From NCBI GenBank assembly GCA_963926085.1, contig CAWUWV010000276.1:1-32457 (forward strand): 32,457 nt of DNA, given 5' to 3'. The DNA comes from an uncultured Alphaproteobacteria bacterium (GTDB lineage: Bacteria; Pseudomonadota; Alphaproteobacteria; Bin95). Of this stretch, positions 1 to 9,593 are shown piece by piece (positions within the stretch are counted from its first letter, which is position 1; the number at the start of each line of letters is the position of its first letter). Under the pieces are notes generated by a model. The model was not told the DNA's origin and ran no database searches. It saw only the letters and a list, made by a program, of their open reading frames with translations. A program made the translations under genes and the position numbers.

Positions 1-1
1 G

Positions 2-1249
2 CGCAAGGTTGAGATCGCCATGGATGCGCTGCGTTGCCCGCCGGGCGATGCTACCGTCGAGCATCTCTCAGGCGGTGAACGCCGTCGCGTCGCACTCTGC
101 CGCCTGCTGCTTTCAAACCCTGACATGCTGCTGCTGGATGAGCCGACCAACCATTTGGACGCCGAATCCGTCGCATGGCTGGAACGCTTCCTGGCTGATT
201 TCCCCGGTACCGTCGTGGCCGTCACCCATGATCGCTACTTCCTGGATAACGTGGCTGGATGGATTCTGGAGCTGGATCGCGGTCGTGGCATTCCTTACGA
301 AGGCAATTACACCGGCTGGCTGGAGCAGAAGCAAAAGCGCCTGCAGCAAGAAGATCGCCAAGAGAAAGCCCGCCAGCGCACCTTGCAGCAGGAACTGGAA
401 TGGGTCCGTCAAAGCCCCCGTGCCCGGCAGGCCAAGAATCGCGCCCGTATCCAGGCCTATGACACACTGGTCGCAGAAGCGGGCAATGAGTCCCTGGATA
501 CAGCCCAGATCGTTATTCCAGCCGGTGAACGGTTGGGCGCGAATGTCATTGAGGCTGAAGGTGTGTCCAAAGCGTTTGGCGACAAGCTGCTTGTGGACGG
601 TTTGACCTTCCGCCTGCCGCCCGGTGGCATTGTCGGCGTGATTGGCCCGAATGGTGCAGGTAAAACCACACTTTTCCGCATGATTACCGGCCTCGACGAA
701 CCTGATGCCGGCACGATGAAAATCGGCGAGACGGTGAGGCTTGGATATATCGATCAGAACCGGGATGCGCTGAGCCCCGAGAAGACCGTGTGGGAAGAAA
801 TCTCGGACGGACTGGATGTCATTGAGCTCGGCAAGCGCCAAGCGCCAAGCCGCGCCTATGTCGGCGCATTTAACTTCAAAGGCGCCGACCAACAAAAGCG
901 CGTCGGCCAACTTTCCGGTGGTGAGCGAAACCGGGTGCATTTGGCTAAGATGCTGAAAACAGGTGCGAATGTTCTGCTGCTCGATGAGCCGACGAATGAT
1001 TTGGACGTTGATACGCTGCGCGCCTTGGAAGAAGCCTTGCTAACTTTCCCCGGCTGCGCCGTGGTCATCAGCCATGATCGCTGGTTCCTGGATCGCATCG
1101 CCACCCACATCCTCGCCTTTGAAGGCGATAGCCACGTGGAGTGGTTTGAAGGCAATTATGAAGACTATGAGGCGGACAAAAAACGCCGTCTTGGTAAAGA
1201 TGCAGACCAGCCACATCGCATCAAATACAAGCCACTCGCACGGGCGTAA
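2..1249 (+). CDS. ettA: Energy-dependent translational throttle protein EttA (ABC-F ATPase), 5'-truncated by the window edge
   Basis: The frame is open from base 2, with no stop before the ATG at 20. Cassette 1 has signature LSGGERRRV and Walker [12 protein letters not shown]. Cassette 2 has Walker [10 protein letters not shown], signature LSGGERNRV and Walker [12 protein letters not shown]. The sequence is collinear with the remembered E. coli EttA C-terminal ~415 aa ([46 protein letters not shown], ..RIKYKPL). Stop is TAA at 1247-1249. Confidence 0.9.
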   Translation, partial: RKVEIAMDALRCPPGDATVEHLSGGERRRVALCRLLLSNPDMLLLDEPTNHLDAESVAWLERFLADFPGTVVAVTHDRYFLDNVAGWILELDRGRGIPYEGNYTGWLEQKQKRLQQEDRQEKARQRTLQQELEWVRQSPRARQAKNRARIQAYDTLVAEAGNESLDTAQIVIPAGERLGANVIEAEGVSKAFGDKLLVDGLTFRLPPGGIVGVIGPNGAGKTTLFRMITGLDEPDAGTMKIGETVRLGYIDQNRDALSPEKTVWEEISDGLDVIELGKRQAPSRAYVGAFNFKGADQQKRVGQLSGGERNRVHLAKMLKTGANVLLLDEPTNDLDVDTLRALEEALLTFPGCAVVISHDRWFLDRIATHILAFEGDSHVEWFEGNYEDYEADKKRRLGKDADQPHRIKYKPLARA

Positions 1250-1384
1250 GCCTTGCCGCATAAGGTTTTATGCCGAGTTCCTCAGCAATAGACTGTTTCC
1301 TATTGGGCCAACTTTGCGTTAAGCTATTCAGTGGGTGAAGACCGCGTATTAACTTCGCGCATTTTGGCAGGAGGCTAACAGCGC

Positions 1385-3427
1385 ATGCGGGGACCAGAAA
1401 CCCGCCGAAGCAGCCGACGTGCAGGCACGCGCGTCGCAGCTGTCGCTGCGGGTCATGTCCCGAGCGATAAGGCGAAAGTGCGCGCACAGACACTCGATCC
1501 CATCACCTTCGCTAGCGCCATCGCGCGTTCAGCGGCACGTAGTCGGCATTTGGCAGATTCTGATGTCGCCGTTAGTTCAGTTCTTGCTGCCGCCCTACCC
1601 CAGATCAATGGCCATGCAGCGCTCGTGCTCGCGATCAAGCATGGCGTGATTGCTTCAACTTCTGCTGAAACCATGGGCCTAAACATTGCTAAGGCCGAGC
1701 GGCGCAGCCTGCTTCGCATCGCAAAGCAAGCCCTGACGACGGGCAAACCCACATCCCGCGCTGAAGCAATTGATACGGACGCCGGAGCCCGCGCCGCACT
1801 TTTCGCAACGCCATTGCATCAAGGCGACAAAATAATCGGCGCGCTCGCCATCGCCTTACCGCATATCAGGCCCGCGGATGCCGATGCGCCAGGGGGCATT
1901 GCACTGCTCCGCGATTGCGTGGCGGATATGCTGATTGGCGCAGAGGCAGAACAGAAGCCCGCCCGCAAGCGCTCGGCGGTATCCGAACGACTGAACTTGG
2001 CCCTAGCGAGCCATTCAGACGGGGTCGCATTGTTTGGCAAAGAAGGTGGGCTGATCACCGCCAATGCGGCCTTCGCAAAGGCCCACGGCGCTGAATCCAC
2101 CGCATTGAAAAGCCTGACACTCGAAGAAATTCTGCAACGGAGCCACGATGGCTTCGGTCCGCTGCTGCTTGCCCGCGATCTCCGCAATGATGCCGATGAC
2201 GGTGCTGAATTGGCGCTGTCCGCAAGTGGTGAATGGCTCCGCTTGTCCAGGCAACGCATCGCGAATGGCGATGAGCTGATTATCCAAACGCCCGCGGGCG
2301 GTGAGATCGCTGCAGCAGCCCAGGCGCGCCAGAAACTGCATGCCGCAAAGCGCGTGGCGGATGCCCGCGAAGCGGCATGGCAAGCATTCTCGCTCGGCGC
2401 AATTGTGTTGACCAAAGCGGGGCGCGTCGAGGATTGCAATGGCGCTGTTGCCAGAATGCTTGGCGTGGAGCAAGATGATCTGATTGGCCGACGGCTCGGC
2501 CGTCTCGGCAAGCTGGACTTAGGTGACGGTGCCGACCAATGGCGCATGGTCGGCCGGGCCCGTAGCGGTGGCTCCAAGCTCGCTGCACGGGCTAAACCCT
2601 TCGGTGACGGTCAGGTTCTCGTTATTTTGGCACCTATGGACGATATGCCGAACGCAGAGCAAGCGCCGGGTGCCCAGAAACCACCGGATACTGTCGCATT
2701 CAGCCGGGCCGAAACCGCCATTCAGGCGCTTGGTGAGCTTGGCCATGAAATGCGCACGCCATTGAATGCTGTGTTGGGCTTCACAGATGTGCTGCTTGCT
2801 AAATCATTCGGCCCCATCAACACCCGGCAAGGCGAATACCTGCAAGACATCGCCACCGCTGGCCATCATATGCTGGAGATGGTCGAGCATCTGTTGAGCC
2901 ACGCCCGGCTGACTGCGGGGCGTTATGCAATTGACCCGGAGTGGCGCAGCCTCCAGCAAGTGCTGACAGAAGCCGCCCGGATGATGCAGCCGATTGCAAA
3001 AAAGGCTGGCATCGGCCTTTCAGCCCCAATGGCACCGTCTATCGAGATCAATGTTGACCATCACGGCTTCTTCCAGGTGCTGATTAATCTTCTGACCAAC
3101 GCCATCAAGTTCACGCCACAAGGCGGCCAGGTTGCTTTGACAGCCACTGCCACAGGCACTGGACTGGAAGTTACGATCGTGGATACCGGCGACGGTATTC
3201 CAGCTGATATGGTTGGACAGGTCATGGAACCGTTCACCCAAGCACGCCGATCCGGCAGTCAGGCGCTCAAAGGCGCAGGGCTTGGGCTATCAATCGCCCA
3301 CAGCCTGGTTGAATTGCATGGCGGCGATTTGAAGATTGCGTCGAAGGAAGGCAGTGGAACGACCGTAACGGTACGCCTTCCAGCCGCCTTAGTGCGACCG
3401 CTTAAGACGGGCTCAAAGATCGCTTAA
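1385..3427 (+). CDS. Soluble sensor histidine kinase (N-terminal sensory region, two PAS-like segments, HisKA, HATPase_c)
   Basis: AGGAGG lies 10 nt upstream of the ATG at 1385. H-box is LGELGHEMRTPLNAVLGFTDVL. N-box is QVLINLLTNAIKFTP, G1 is VDTGDGIP and G2 is GAGLGLSIAHSLVELHGG. PAS-like stretches include LALASHSDGVALFGKEGGLITANAAFAKAHG and GAIVLTKAGRVEDCNGAVARMLG. No obvious transmembrane helix is visible by eye. Confidence 0.85.
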   Translation: MRGPETRRSSRRAGTRVAAVAAGHVPSDKAKVRAQTLDPITFASAIARSAARSRHLADSDVAVSSVLAAALPQINGHAALVLAIKHGVIASTSAETMGLNIAKAERRSLLRIAKQALTTGKPTSRAEAIDTDAGARAALFATPLHQGDKIIGALAIALPHIRPADADAPGGIALLRDCVADMLIGAEAEQKPARKRSAVSERLNLALASHSDGVALFGKEGGLITANAAFAKAHGAESTALKSLTLEEILQRSHDGFGPLLLARDLRNDADDGAELALSASGEWLRLSRQRIANGDELIIQTPAGGEIAAAAQARQKLHAAKRVADAREAAWQAFSLGAIVLTKAGRVEDCNGAVARMLGVEQDDLIGRRLGRLGKLDLGDGADQWRMVGRARSGGSKLAARAKPFGDGQVLVILAPMDDMPNAEQAPGAQKPPDTVAFSRAETAIQALGELGHEMRTPLNAVLGFTDVLLAKSFGPINTRQGEYLQDIATAGHHMLEMVEHLLSHARLTAGRYAIDPEWRSLQQVLTEAARMMQPIAKKAGIGLSAPMAPSIEINVDHHGFFQVLINLLTNAIKFTPQGGQVALTATATGTGLEVTIVDTGDGIPADMVGQVMEPFTQARRSGSQALKGAGLGLSIAHSLVELHGGDLKIASKEGSGTTVTVRLPAALVRPLKTGSKIA

Positions 3428-3449
3428 GTTCGCTTGGCGGTGCCGCGGC

Positions 3450-3875
3450 CTACTTTCTCCAGGAAAACTTGGTCCGCTCATTGAAGCCGCATTTGGCTGG
3501 GCGAAAACGGCCTTGCCGCGTTGCAGCCGGCTCATCATCTGTAATCGCCACACGCCCAAAACCAATGGGGCGTCTGATGTCACTTTCCGGTGCTATATCG
3601 AGCCCACCACGGGTTAACCGGCCATCTGGACCTTTAAAACGGTAAGCGACATAGAGCCGCTTCGCCGCCTTGTTGCGCAGCGTGATGCTGTAAATGTACT
3701 CACCCGGCGGGCATTCACCGCTGTTGCAGACACTTTCAGCATCTAGAACTTCCAGTGATTTACACCGCGCTTCGGCAGCGCCAGCAGCAAAGCTCAGCGT
3801 TACTGCGCCAATAAGCGCAATGGCCGGAGCGCGCCACGAACGTGGTGCGGACATCTTATTCAATAGGCGCACCAT
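3450..3875 (-). CDS. Hypothetical small exported protein with four Cys (start could be 3854)
   Basis: The 141-aa ORF has a signal-peptide-like N-terminus (APAIALIGAVTLSFAAGAAEA). The mature part has 4 Cys (CKS.., CNSGEC, ..AKCG). I recognise no family motif. It fills an otherwise empty gap between convergent and tandem genes. Confidence 0.5.
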   Translation of the reverse strand: MVRLLNKMSAPRSWRAPAIALIGAVTLSFAAGAAEARCKSLEVLDAESVCNSGECPPGEYIYSITLRNKAAKRLYVAYRFKGPDGRLTRGGLDIAPESDIRRPIGFGRVAITDDEPAATRQGRFRPAKCGFNERTKFSWRK

Positions 3876-3974
3876 AACTCCATAAGCCCAGTCGGGCTTG
3901 TTTCGTATGACGGTGCGCCCCCCTAGATTCGCCCCGCAACATGGTCGTTGTTTACTTGGTTCTGGCGATCACCG

Positions 3975-5432
3975 CTACATGAAGAACACAAGTGTTACCA
4001 AGCCGAAGCACGGTATCAGGATCACCCCGGACCAAAGCATATAGCCGAAGAAGCTAGGCATACGCACCCCGCCTTCTTCAGCAATGGCGCGCACCATGAA
4101 ATTCGGCGCGTTGCCGATATAGGTATTGGCCCCCATGAACACTGCACCGGCAGAGATCGCCAACAGCGTTTCAGCCATTGGCCCCATCAGTTCCTCCGCG
4201 TTACCACCCGCTGTGTTGAAGAACACGAGGTATGTGGGCGCGTTATCCAGGAAGCTGGAGAGTATGCCTGTCATCCAGAAATACATGATGTTCACAGGCT
4301 CACCAGTATCCGACGTCACCAGTGAGACGATGCCCGCAAGCGACCCATCCGTCCCTGCTTTCAGAATTGCAATCGCGGGTACGATCGTCAGGAAGATGCC
4401 GACGAACAGTTTGCCCACCTCCATAATGGGGAACCAAGTGAAGCCGTTGGCTTCCCGGTTGACCATCGGCGTGAGCTTCCAGGACAGGAAGGCGATGAAT
4501 ATCAGTGACACATCACGGGCGATATTCTGCAGTTCCCAATGCACATGGTAGATCAGGAATTCGACCCCTGGCTTCCAAACGCCGCTCATCAACACAGCCG
4601 CAATGACGCCGCCGAGCAGTAGGAAGTTGATCTTGCCATCAAGGCCAAGCGCCTCATGCTGCTCATCAGCAGGCGCTTCGGGAAGACCACCCTCTTTTTT
4701 CAAGAGCGCGGTATCGACCACGAAATAGAGCGCCAACAAGATCACGGAAAGCATGAGCATTGGCAGGAACATATGGGTGGTCGGCCAGAAGAAGCTCACC
4801 CCTTTCAGGAACCCGAGAAAGAGCGGCGGATCGCCAAGCGGGGTCAATGAACCACCGATATTCGCGACCAAGAAAATGAAAAATACGATTGTGTGAACAC
4901 GATAGCGCCGGCGTTCATTTGCGCGCATGAGCGGGCGGATCAGCAACATGGCAGCGCCTGTGGTCCCCATCCAGCTCGCCATGAACGTACCAAGCAGCAG
5001 AATGCCGGTATTCAGCATCGGCGACCCAACCAGCCGACCGCGCAACCGAACCCCGCCCGCAACGGTAAACAGGGACAGCAGCAGGATGATGAACGGAATG
5101 TATTCTAAGAGCAGAACGTGGATGACTTCAAAAATCGCAATTTCCGGGCCAAAAACTATCGTAAACGGGATCAGAAACGCTGCCGCCCACATAGCGCTAA
5201 TTTTGCCAAAGTGATGGTGCCAGAAATCTGGTGCCACAAGCGGCATTATCGCGATTGAAAGCAGGATGCCAGCGAACGGGATAACCCAGACAAGCCCGAG
5301 CTCCGCTCCATCAAGATGCGGCGCGCCACCGCCGCCGCCAGCCGCCAAAGCCGGTGCGGCGATACATGTCGCCAGCGCCGCCATAATTGACACGATCCAA
5401 GCCTTTGATCCGCTCATCGCCAATCGCCCCAT
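3975..5432 (-). CDS. Ion-transporter-superfamily (ArsB/NhaD-like) permease, usually annotated as sodium:proton antiporter or citrate-transporter-like
   Basis: 485 aa and highly hydrophobic, with roughly 11-13 helices by eye. It contains the motif GGSLTPLGDPPLFLGFL and FWHHHFGK, typical of this permease family. The N-terminus has a signal-like segment and a Gly5 run. Confidence 0.7.
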   Translation of the reverse strand: MGRLAMSGSKAWIVSIMAALATCIAAPALAAGGGGGAPHLDGAELGLVWVIPFAGILLSIAIMPLVAPDFWHHHFGKISAMWAAAFLIPFTIVFGPEIAIFEVIHVLLLEYIPFIILLLSLFTVAGGVRLRGRLVGSPMLNTGILLLGTFMASWMGTTGAAMLLIRPLMRANERRRYRVHTIVFFIFLVANIGGSLTPLGDPPLFLGFLKGVSFFWPTTHMFLPMLMLSVILLALYFVVDTALLKKEGGLPEAPADEQHEALGLDGKINFLLLGGVIAAVLMSGVWKPGVEFLIYHVHWELQNIARDVSLIFIAFLSWKLTPMVNREANGFTWFPIMEVGKLFVGIFLTIVPAIAILKAGTDGSLAGIVSLVTSDTGEPVNIMYFWMTGILSSFLDNAPTYLVFFNTAGGNAEELMGPMAETLLAISAGAVFMGANTYIGNAPNFMVRAIAEEGGVRMPSFFGYMLWSGVILIPCFGLVTLVFFM

Positions 5433-5709
5433 GCCATAACCCCCGCCGTATTACCGAATCGCAGCGAACGGCAAGCCCGCTGCATTTCGTTTTATAGGAA
5501 TGATTCGCCAAATCGGGAACCGTCCAATTCTTTGCCCGAGTATGCCTAACCTCGTTCACTCCGCCAAGCTTATAACGAAACCATAGACATACGGTTCTTA
5601 ACTTCCGGCATATATCCGCAGCGTTTCCGCCATTGAAACAAAGCCTGGAAGCTCTTACGGTTTAACAGACTTGGGGCGGCGGCATAGACTACACGAGAAG
5701 GCTATCAAT

Positions 5710-6591
5710 ATGGATATGAATGGCGAAGCACGCATCCCAGCACCGCAAGCGGTAGTCTGGGACGCCCTGAATGACCCCGAAGCACTAAAGCAAGCGATCA
5801 CTGGCTGCGAAGAACTTGAACGTGACGGCGAGAATGCCTTCACGGCCCGCGTCCGTGCGAAGGTCGGTCCTGTTAGCGCCCGCTTTGGGGGGCGTGTTGA
5901 ACTGCAGGACCTGAACCCGCCACACAGCTACCGAATCGTCGGCGAAGGTACAGGCGGGGCCGCTGGATTCGCTAAAGGCGGTGCCGTTGTGCGGCTTGAG
6001 GCCGATGGTCCTGATGCGACAATGTTAAAATATGAAGTTGATGCATCGGTTGGCGGCAAGCTTGCCCAGATCGGCTCCAGGTTGATTGATGGCGCTGCCC
6101 GGAAAATGGCGGATGATTTTTTCACGAAGTTCGGGGCCATTGCCGCTGAACGCGCCGCTGCATCCGCCACCAGCGCACCCGCACCTGTCGTTGATGCGCA
6201 AGCGGCTGCACCGCAGCAATTCAGCCCACCACCATCTGAACCCGTTCAATCGGCCCCCCAATGGACGCCGCCTGTGCAAGTTTCTGCAGCAGCAGCGCCC
6301 ACAGCCCCAATCGCCACTGCTGCGCCAGCGCCAGTGCGGGTTGAAGCAACGGCCACTGAAACTGCTCCCCAAGCAATTCAAACCCCACAGCCTGAACTCG
6401 ACGTGCCATCGCCTGCGCCAGTGCAAGAAGCAGCGACATCATCTACCGAAGCTCTGATTGCTGAGGACGCCGCGGCAGAAGCGACACGCCCGACCACTCG
6501 GCCCGACCCTAATCCTGGCATGCCGGGATTGATGTGGGTTGCTGGCATTGGCCTACTTGTGGCGATCCTGCTGTTCACCTTAATGGGCTAG
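5710..6591 (+). CDS. coxG: CoxG-like SRPBCC protein (CO dehydrogenase subunit G family) with a Pro/Ala-rich linker and a C-terminal transmembrane anchor
   Basis: The N-terminus MDMNGEARIPAPQAVVWDALNDPEALKQAITGCEELE..GPVSARFGGRVEL..GGKLAQIGSRLIDGAARKMADDFF matches the CoxG signature. I prefer the ATG at 5710 (GAGAAGG upstream) over the ORF-track start at 5671. The tail is described in the findings. Confidence 0.8.
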   Translation: MDMNGEARIPAPQAVVWDALNDPEALKQAITGCEELERDGENAFTARVRAKVGPVSARFGGRVELQDLNPPHSYRIVGEGTGGAAGFAKGGAVVRLEADGPDATMLKYEVDASVGGKLAQIGSRLIDGAARKMADDFFTKFGAIAAERAAASATSAPAPVVDAQAAAPQQFSPPPSEPVQSAPQWTPPVQVSAAAAPTAPIATAAPAPVRVEATATETAPQAIQTPQPELDVPSPAPVQEAATSSTEALIAEDAAAEATRPTTRPDPNPGMPGLMWVAGIGLLVAILLFTLMG

Positions 6592-6735
6592 GGAAACGCT
6601 CGTCAGCGCGCTCAAGAATTAGCGAGCCAAAGTTTCTTTTGTTGACCGCGCCGCTCATGGGCGTAATCCTCCGTCCCAAGAACAAAGGCTCGCAGCGCAA
6701 AGTTTGCGGGTCGTATTCAAGGGGAGAGAGGCGCC

Positions 6736-7203
6736 ATGGCGAGCGTTTCAATGACGATCAATGGCAAGCAGGTTTCCGGCGAAGTTGAAGGCCGCACCCT
6801 GCTCGTTGAGTTTTTGCGCGAACATCAAAGGCTGACCGGCACACACGTTGGCTGTGACACGACCCAGTGCGGGGCGTGCACCATCCATATGAATGGTGAG
6901 GCTGTGAAAAGCTGCACCATGTTGGCTGTCCAGGCGGAAGGCGCAGACGTTTCCACCATCGAAGGCCTCGCCAACGGCGATGAGCTGCACCCGATGCAGG
7001 AAGCCTTCCGCGAGCATCATGGCCTGCAGTGTGGTTTCTGCACCCCAGGCATGATTATGAGCGCTACCGCACTTGCCAAGCGAAACCCATCCCCCAGTGA
7101 AGATGACGTGCGTCACTGGCTGGAAGGCAATCTCTGCCGCTGCACCGGCTACCACAACATCGTGAAGGCCGTTATGGCCGGCGCGCGTGCGATGAACGCC
7201 TAA
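6736..7203 (+). CDS. coxS: Molybdenum hydroxylase small subunit, (2Fe-2S)-binding (CoxS-like)
   Basis: Cys motifs [12 protein letters not shown] (plant-type cluster) and CGFCTPG..CRCTGY (second cluster) are present. Length of 155 aa is typical. GGGGAGAGAGG lies upstream of the ATG. Confidence 0.92.
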   Translation: MASVSMTINGKQVSGEVEGRTLLVEFLREHQRLTGTHVGCDTTQCGACTIHMNGEAVKSCTMLAVQAEGADVSTIEGLANGDELHPMQEAFREHHGLQCGFCTPGMIMSATALAKRNPSPSEDDVRHWLEGNLCRCTGYHNIVKAVMAGARAMNA

Positions 7204-7218
7204 CTAGGGGATCACGAC

Positions 7219-9581
7219 ATGCCTAGAGATGATGGTATCGGCGCCTCAGTCCGGCGCAAAGAAGACTTCCGCTTCGTCACCGGCCAAGGCTCCTACACCG
7301 ACGACCTAAACCGCCACGGCCAGACCTACGCCGCATTCGTGCGCAGCCCGCACGCTCACGCGACACTGAATAGCGTCAACACATCTGCCGCCGCGGCTAT
7401 GGACGGCGTCGTGGCCATCTTCACTGGCCAAGATTTGTTAGACGCAGAAGTGAACGGCCTGCCCTGCGGCTGGCAAGTGCACTCCAAAGATGGCGAGCCG
7501 ATGGTTGAGCCAGCGCATCCAGCGCTCGCTCAAGGCAAAGTCCGCCATGTTGGGGATGCTGTTGCGGTCGTGATCGCTGAAACACTAAGCCAAGCCCGTG
7601 CCGCTGCTGAAGCAGTGGCCGTCGATTATGGCATGCTGCCTGCTGTCGGCAACATGACAGCGGCGAAGGCTGGCAAAGCGCAGATCTTTGAAGAAGCGCC
7701 GAATAACCAGTGCTACGACTGGGAAATTGGCGATGAGGCGGAAATTGACGCCGCCATGGCCAAAGCCACCCATGTGGTCGAGCTGCCGCTCGTCAACAAC
7801 CGCCTGATCGCAAACCCGATTGAGCCGCGCGTCGCTATTGGCGACTACGACACAGCAACGGGTGAGCACACACTTTTCACCACCAGCCAAAATCCTCATG
7901 TGATTCGCCTGCTGATGGGCGCATTCGTGCTGGGACTGCCAGAGCATAAGCTTCGTGTTGTCGCCCCAGATGTCGGCGGCGGGTTCGGCACCAAAATCTT
8001 CCACTATGCCGAAGAAGCCATCGTGACCTGGGCCGCCGCTAAAGTGCGTCGCCCGATCAAATGGACGTCAGACCGCTCTGAAGCCTTCATGTCAGACGCC
8101 CATGGCCGTGACCATGAAACGGTCGCCAAGCTTGGCCTGGACGCTGATGGCAAGTTCCTCGCCCTCAAAGTCCAGACAGATGCGAATATGGGGGCTTATC
8201 TCTCAACCTTCGCACCTGCTGTACCAACATATCTCTACGCGACACTGTTGGCCGGGCAATACACGACGCCGCTGGTTTACGCGAATGTCCGTGCATGGTT
8301 CACCAACACAGTGCAGTGGATGCATATCGCGGCGCTGGTCGTCCGGAAGCGACATATGTGATTGAGCAGATTGTTGAAGAAGCCGCCCGCCAGATCGGCA
8401 TGGACCCAGCAGACCTTCGCGCCAAGAACTTCATCTCACCAGATGCGTTCCCATACCAAACGCCGGTAGCGCTGGAATATGATTCTGGCAATTACGCAGG
8501 CACACTGGAAATGGCGAAGAAGGCCATCAACTATGATGGGTTTGCCGCACGTCAAGCTGCTTCCAAAGCTGCGGGCAAGCTCCGCGGCATAGGGTTCTCA
8601 GCCTATATTGAGGCTTGCGGCATTGCCCCTTCTGCTGTTGTCGGTTCGCTCGGCGCACGGGCGGGGCTCTATGAGGTCGCGAACGTTCGCGTACATCCGA
8701 CAGGGTCTGTCACGATGCACACCGGTACCCATAGCCACGGCCAGGGCCATGAGACGACCTTCGCCCAAGTGGTAGCTGAACGCCTTGGCGTGCCGATTGA
8801 GAATGTTGATGTTGTCCACGGCGATACCAACAACATACCGTTCGGTATGGGCACCTATGGCTCCCGTAGTTTGGCGGTTGGCGGTTCAGCGCTGGCAAAG
8901 GCGCTAGACAAGGTGGAAGCCAAAGCCAAGAAGATTGCAGCCCATCTGATGGAAGCGTCAGACACGGATGTGGAGTTCAAAGACGGCCAGTTCACCATCG
9001 CCGGTACTGATAAATCAGTGTCCTTCGGTGATGTCGCGCTGACAGCCTATGTCCCCCACAACTTCCCCCATGATGAGCTTGAGCCAGGGCTTGAAGAGCA
9101 GGCGTTCTACGACCCCGCCAACTTCACCTTCCCGGCTGGATGTCACATTGCCGAGGTCGAGATTGATCCCGAAACCGGCACTGTCACTTTGGCGAATTTC
9201 GTGGCGGCAGATGATTTCGGCAATATCGTCAACCCGATGAGTGTCGAAGGCCAAGTCCATGGCGGCATCGCCCAGGGCGTTGGCCAAGCATTGCTTGAAG
9301 GTTGCGTCTATGATGAGGACGGCCAACTCGTGACCGGCTCCTACATGGATTACGCCATGCCACGCGCCGATAACTTGCCGAACTTCACCGTGGATACCCA
9401 GGTCACGCCCTGCCCCCACAACCCGCTTGGCGTTAAAGGCTGTGGCGAGGCAGGTGCGATTGCTGCACCCGCCGCCGTTATGAACGCTGTCACCGGGGCC
9501 ATGCGCGCCGCTGGCGTCACCAAACCCATTGATATGCCCGCCACGCCCTCGGAGGTGTGGGCGGCGCTGCACGCGTCTTAA
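7219..9581 (+). pseudogene. coxL: Molybdopterin-binding large subunit (form-II CoxL-like, AYRGAGR signature), disrupted by a 1-nt frameshift near 8311-8316
   Basis: Two ORFs (7219-8361 and 8295-9581) overlap in different frames and together make about 790 aa, the normal large-subunit length. The N-terminal piece starts [23 protein letters not shown] and reads ..[11 protein letters not shown] before drifting into non-homologous sequence. The second frame picks up ..[23 protein letters not shown]. Confidence 0.85.
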
Positions 9582-9593
9582 GGAGAACCCGGA

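Noticed and set aside
113-940. Long antisense or alternative-frame ORFs. Examples are 113-940 (-), 1819-2577 (-), 9015-9818 (-), 10293-11033 (-), 16806-17372 (+), 20710-21360 (+), 23345-24175 (+), 25219-25827 (+) and 25894-26364 (+).
   Set aside because: Each lies entirely inside a well-supported gene on the other strand or frame. Each has Arg/Ala/Pro/Gly-rich, low-complexity composition typical of shadow ORFs in GC-rich DNA, and shows no recognisable motif.
3884-3899. Hairpin AAGCCC-AGTC-GGGCTT as terminator of the permease gene
   Set aside because: The stem is only 6 bp and no U-tract follows on the minus strand. It sits directly against the start of the next gene, so its function is unclear.
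8295-8361. Programmed -1 ribosomal frameshift in coxL
   Set aside because: The overlap (..TTC ACC AAC ACA GTG CAG TGG ATG..) contains no X XXY YYZ slippery heptamer and no obvious downstream stimulatory structure. A simple 1-nt deletion or consensus error explains it better.
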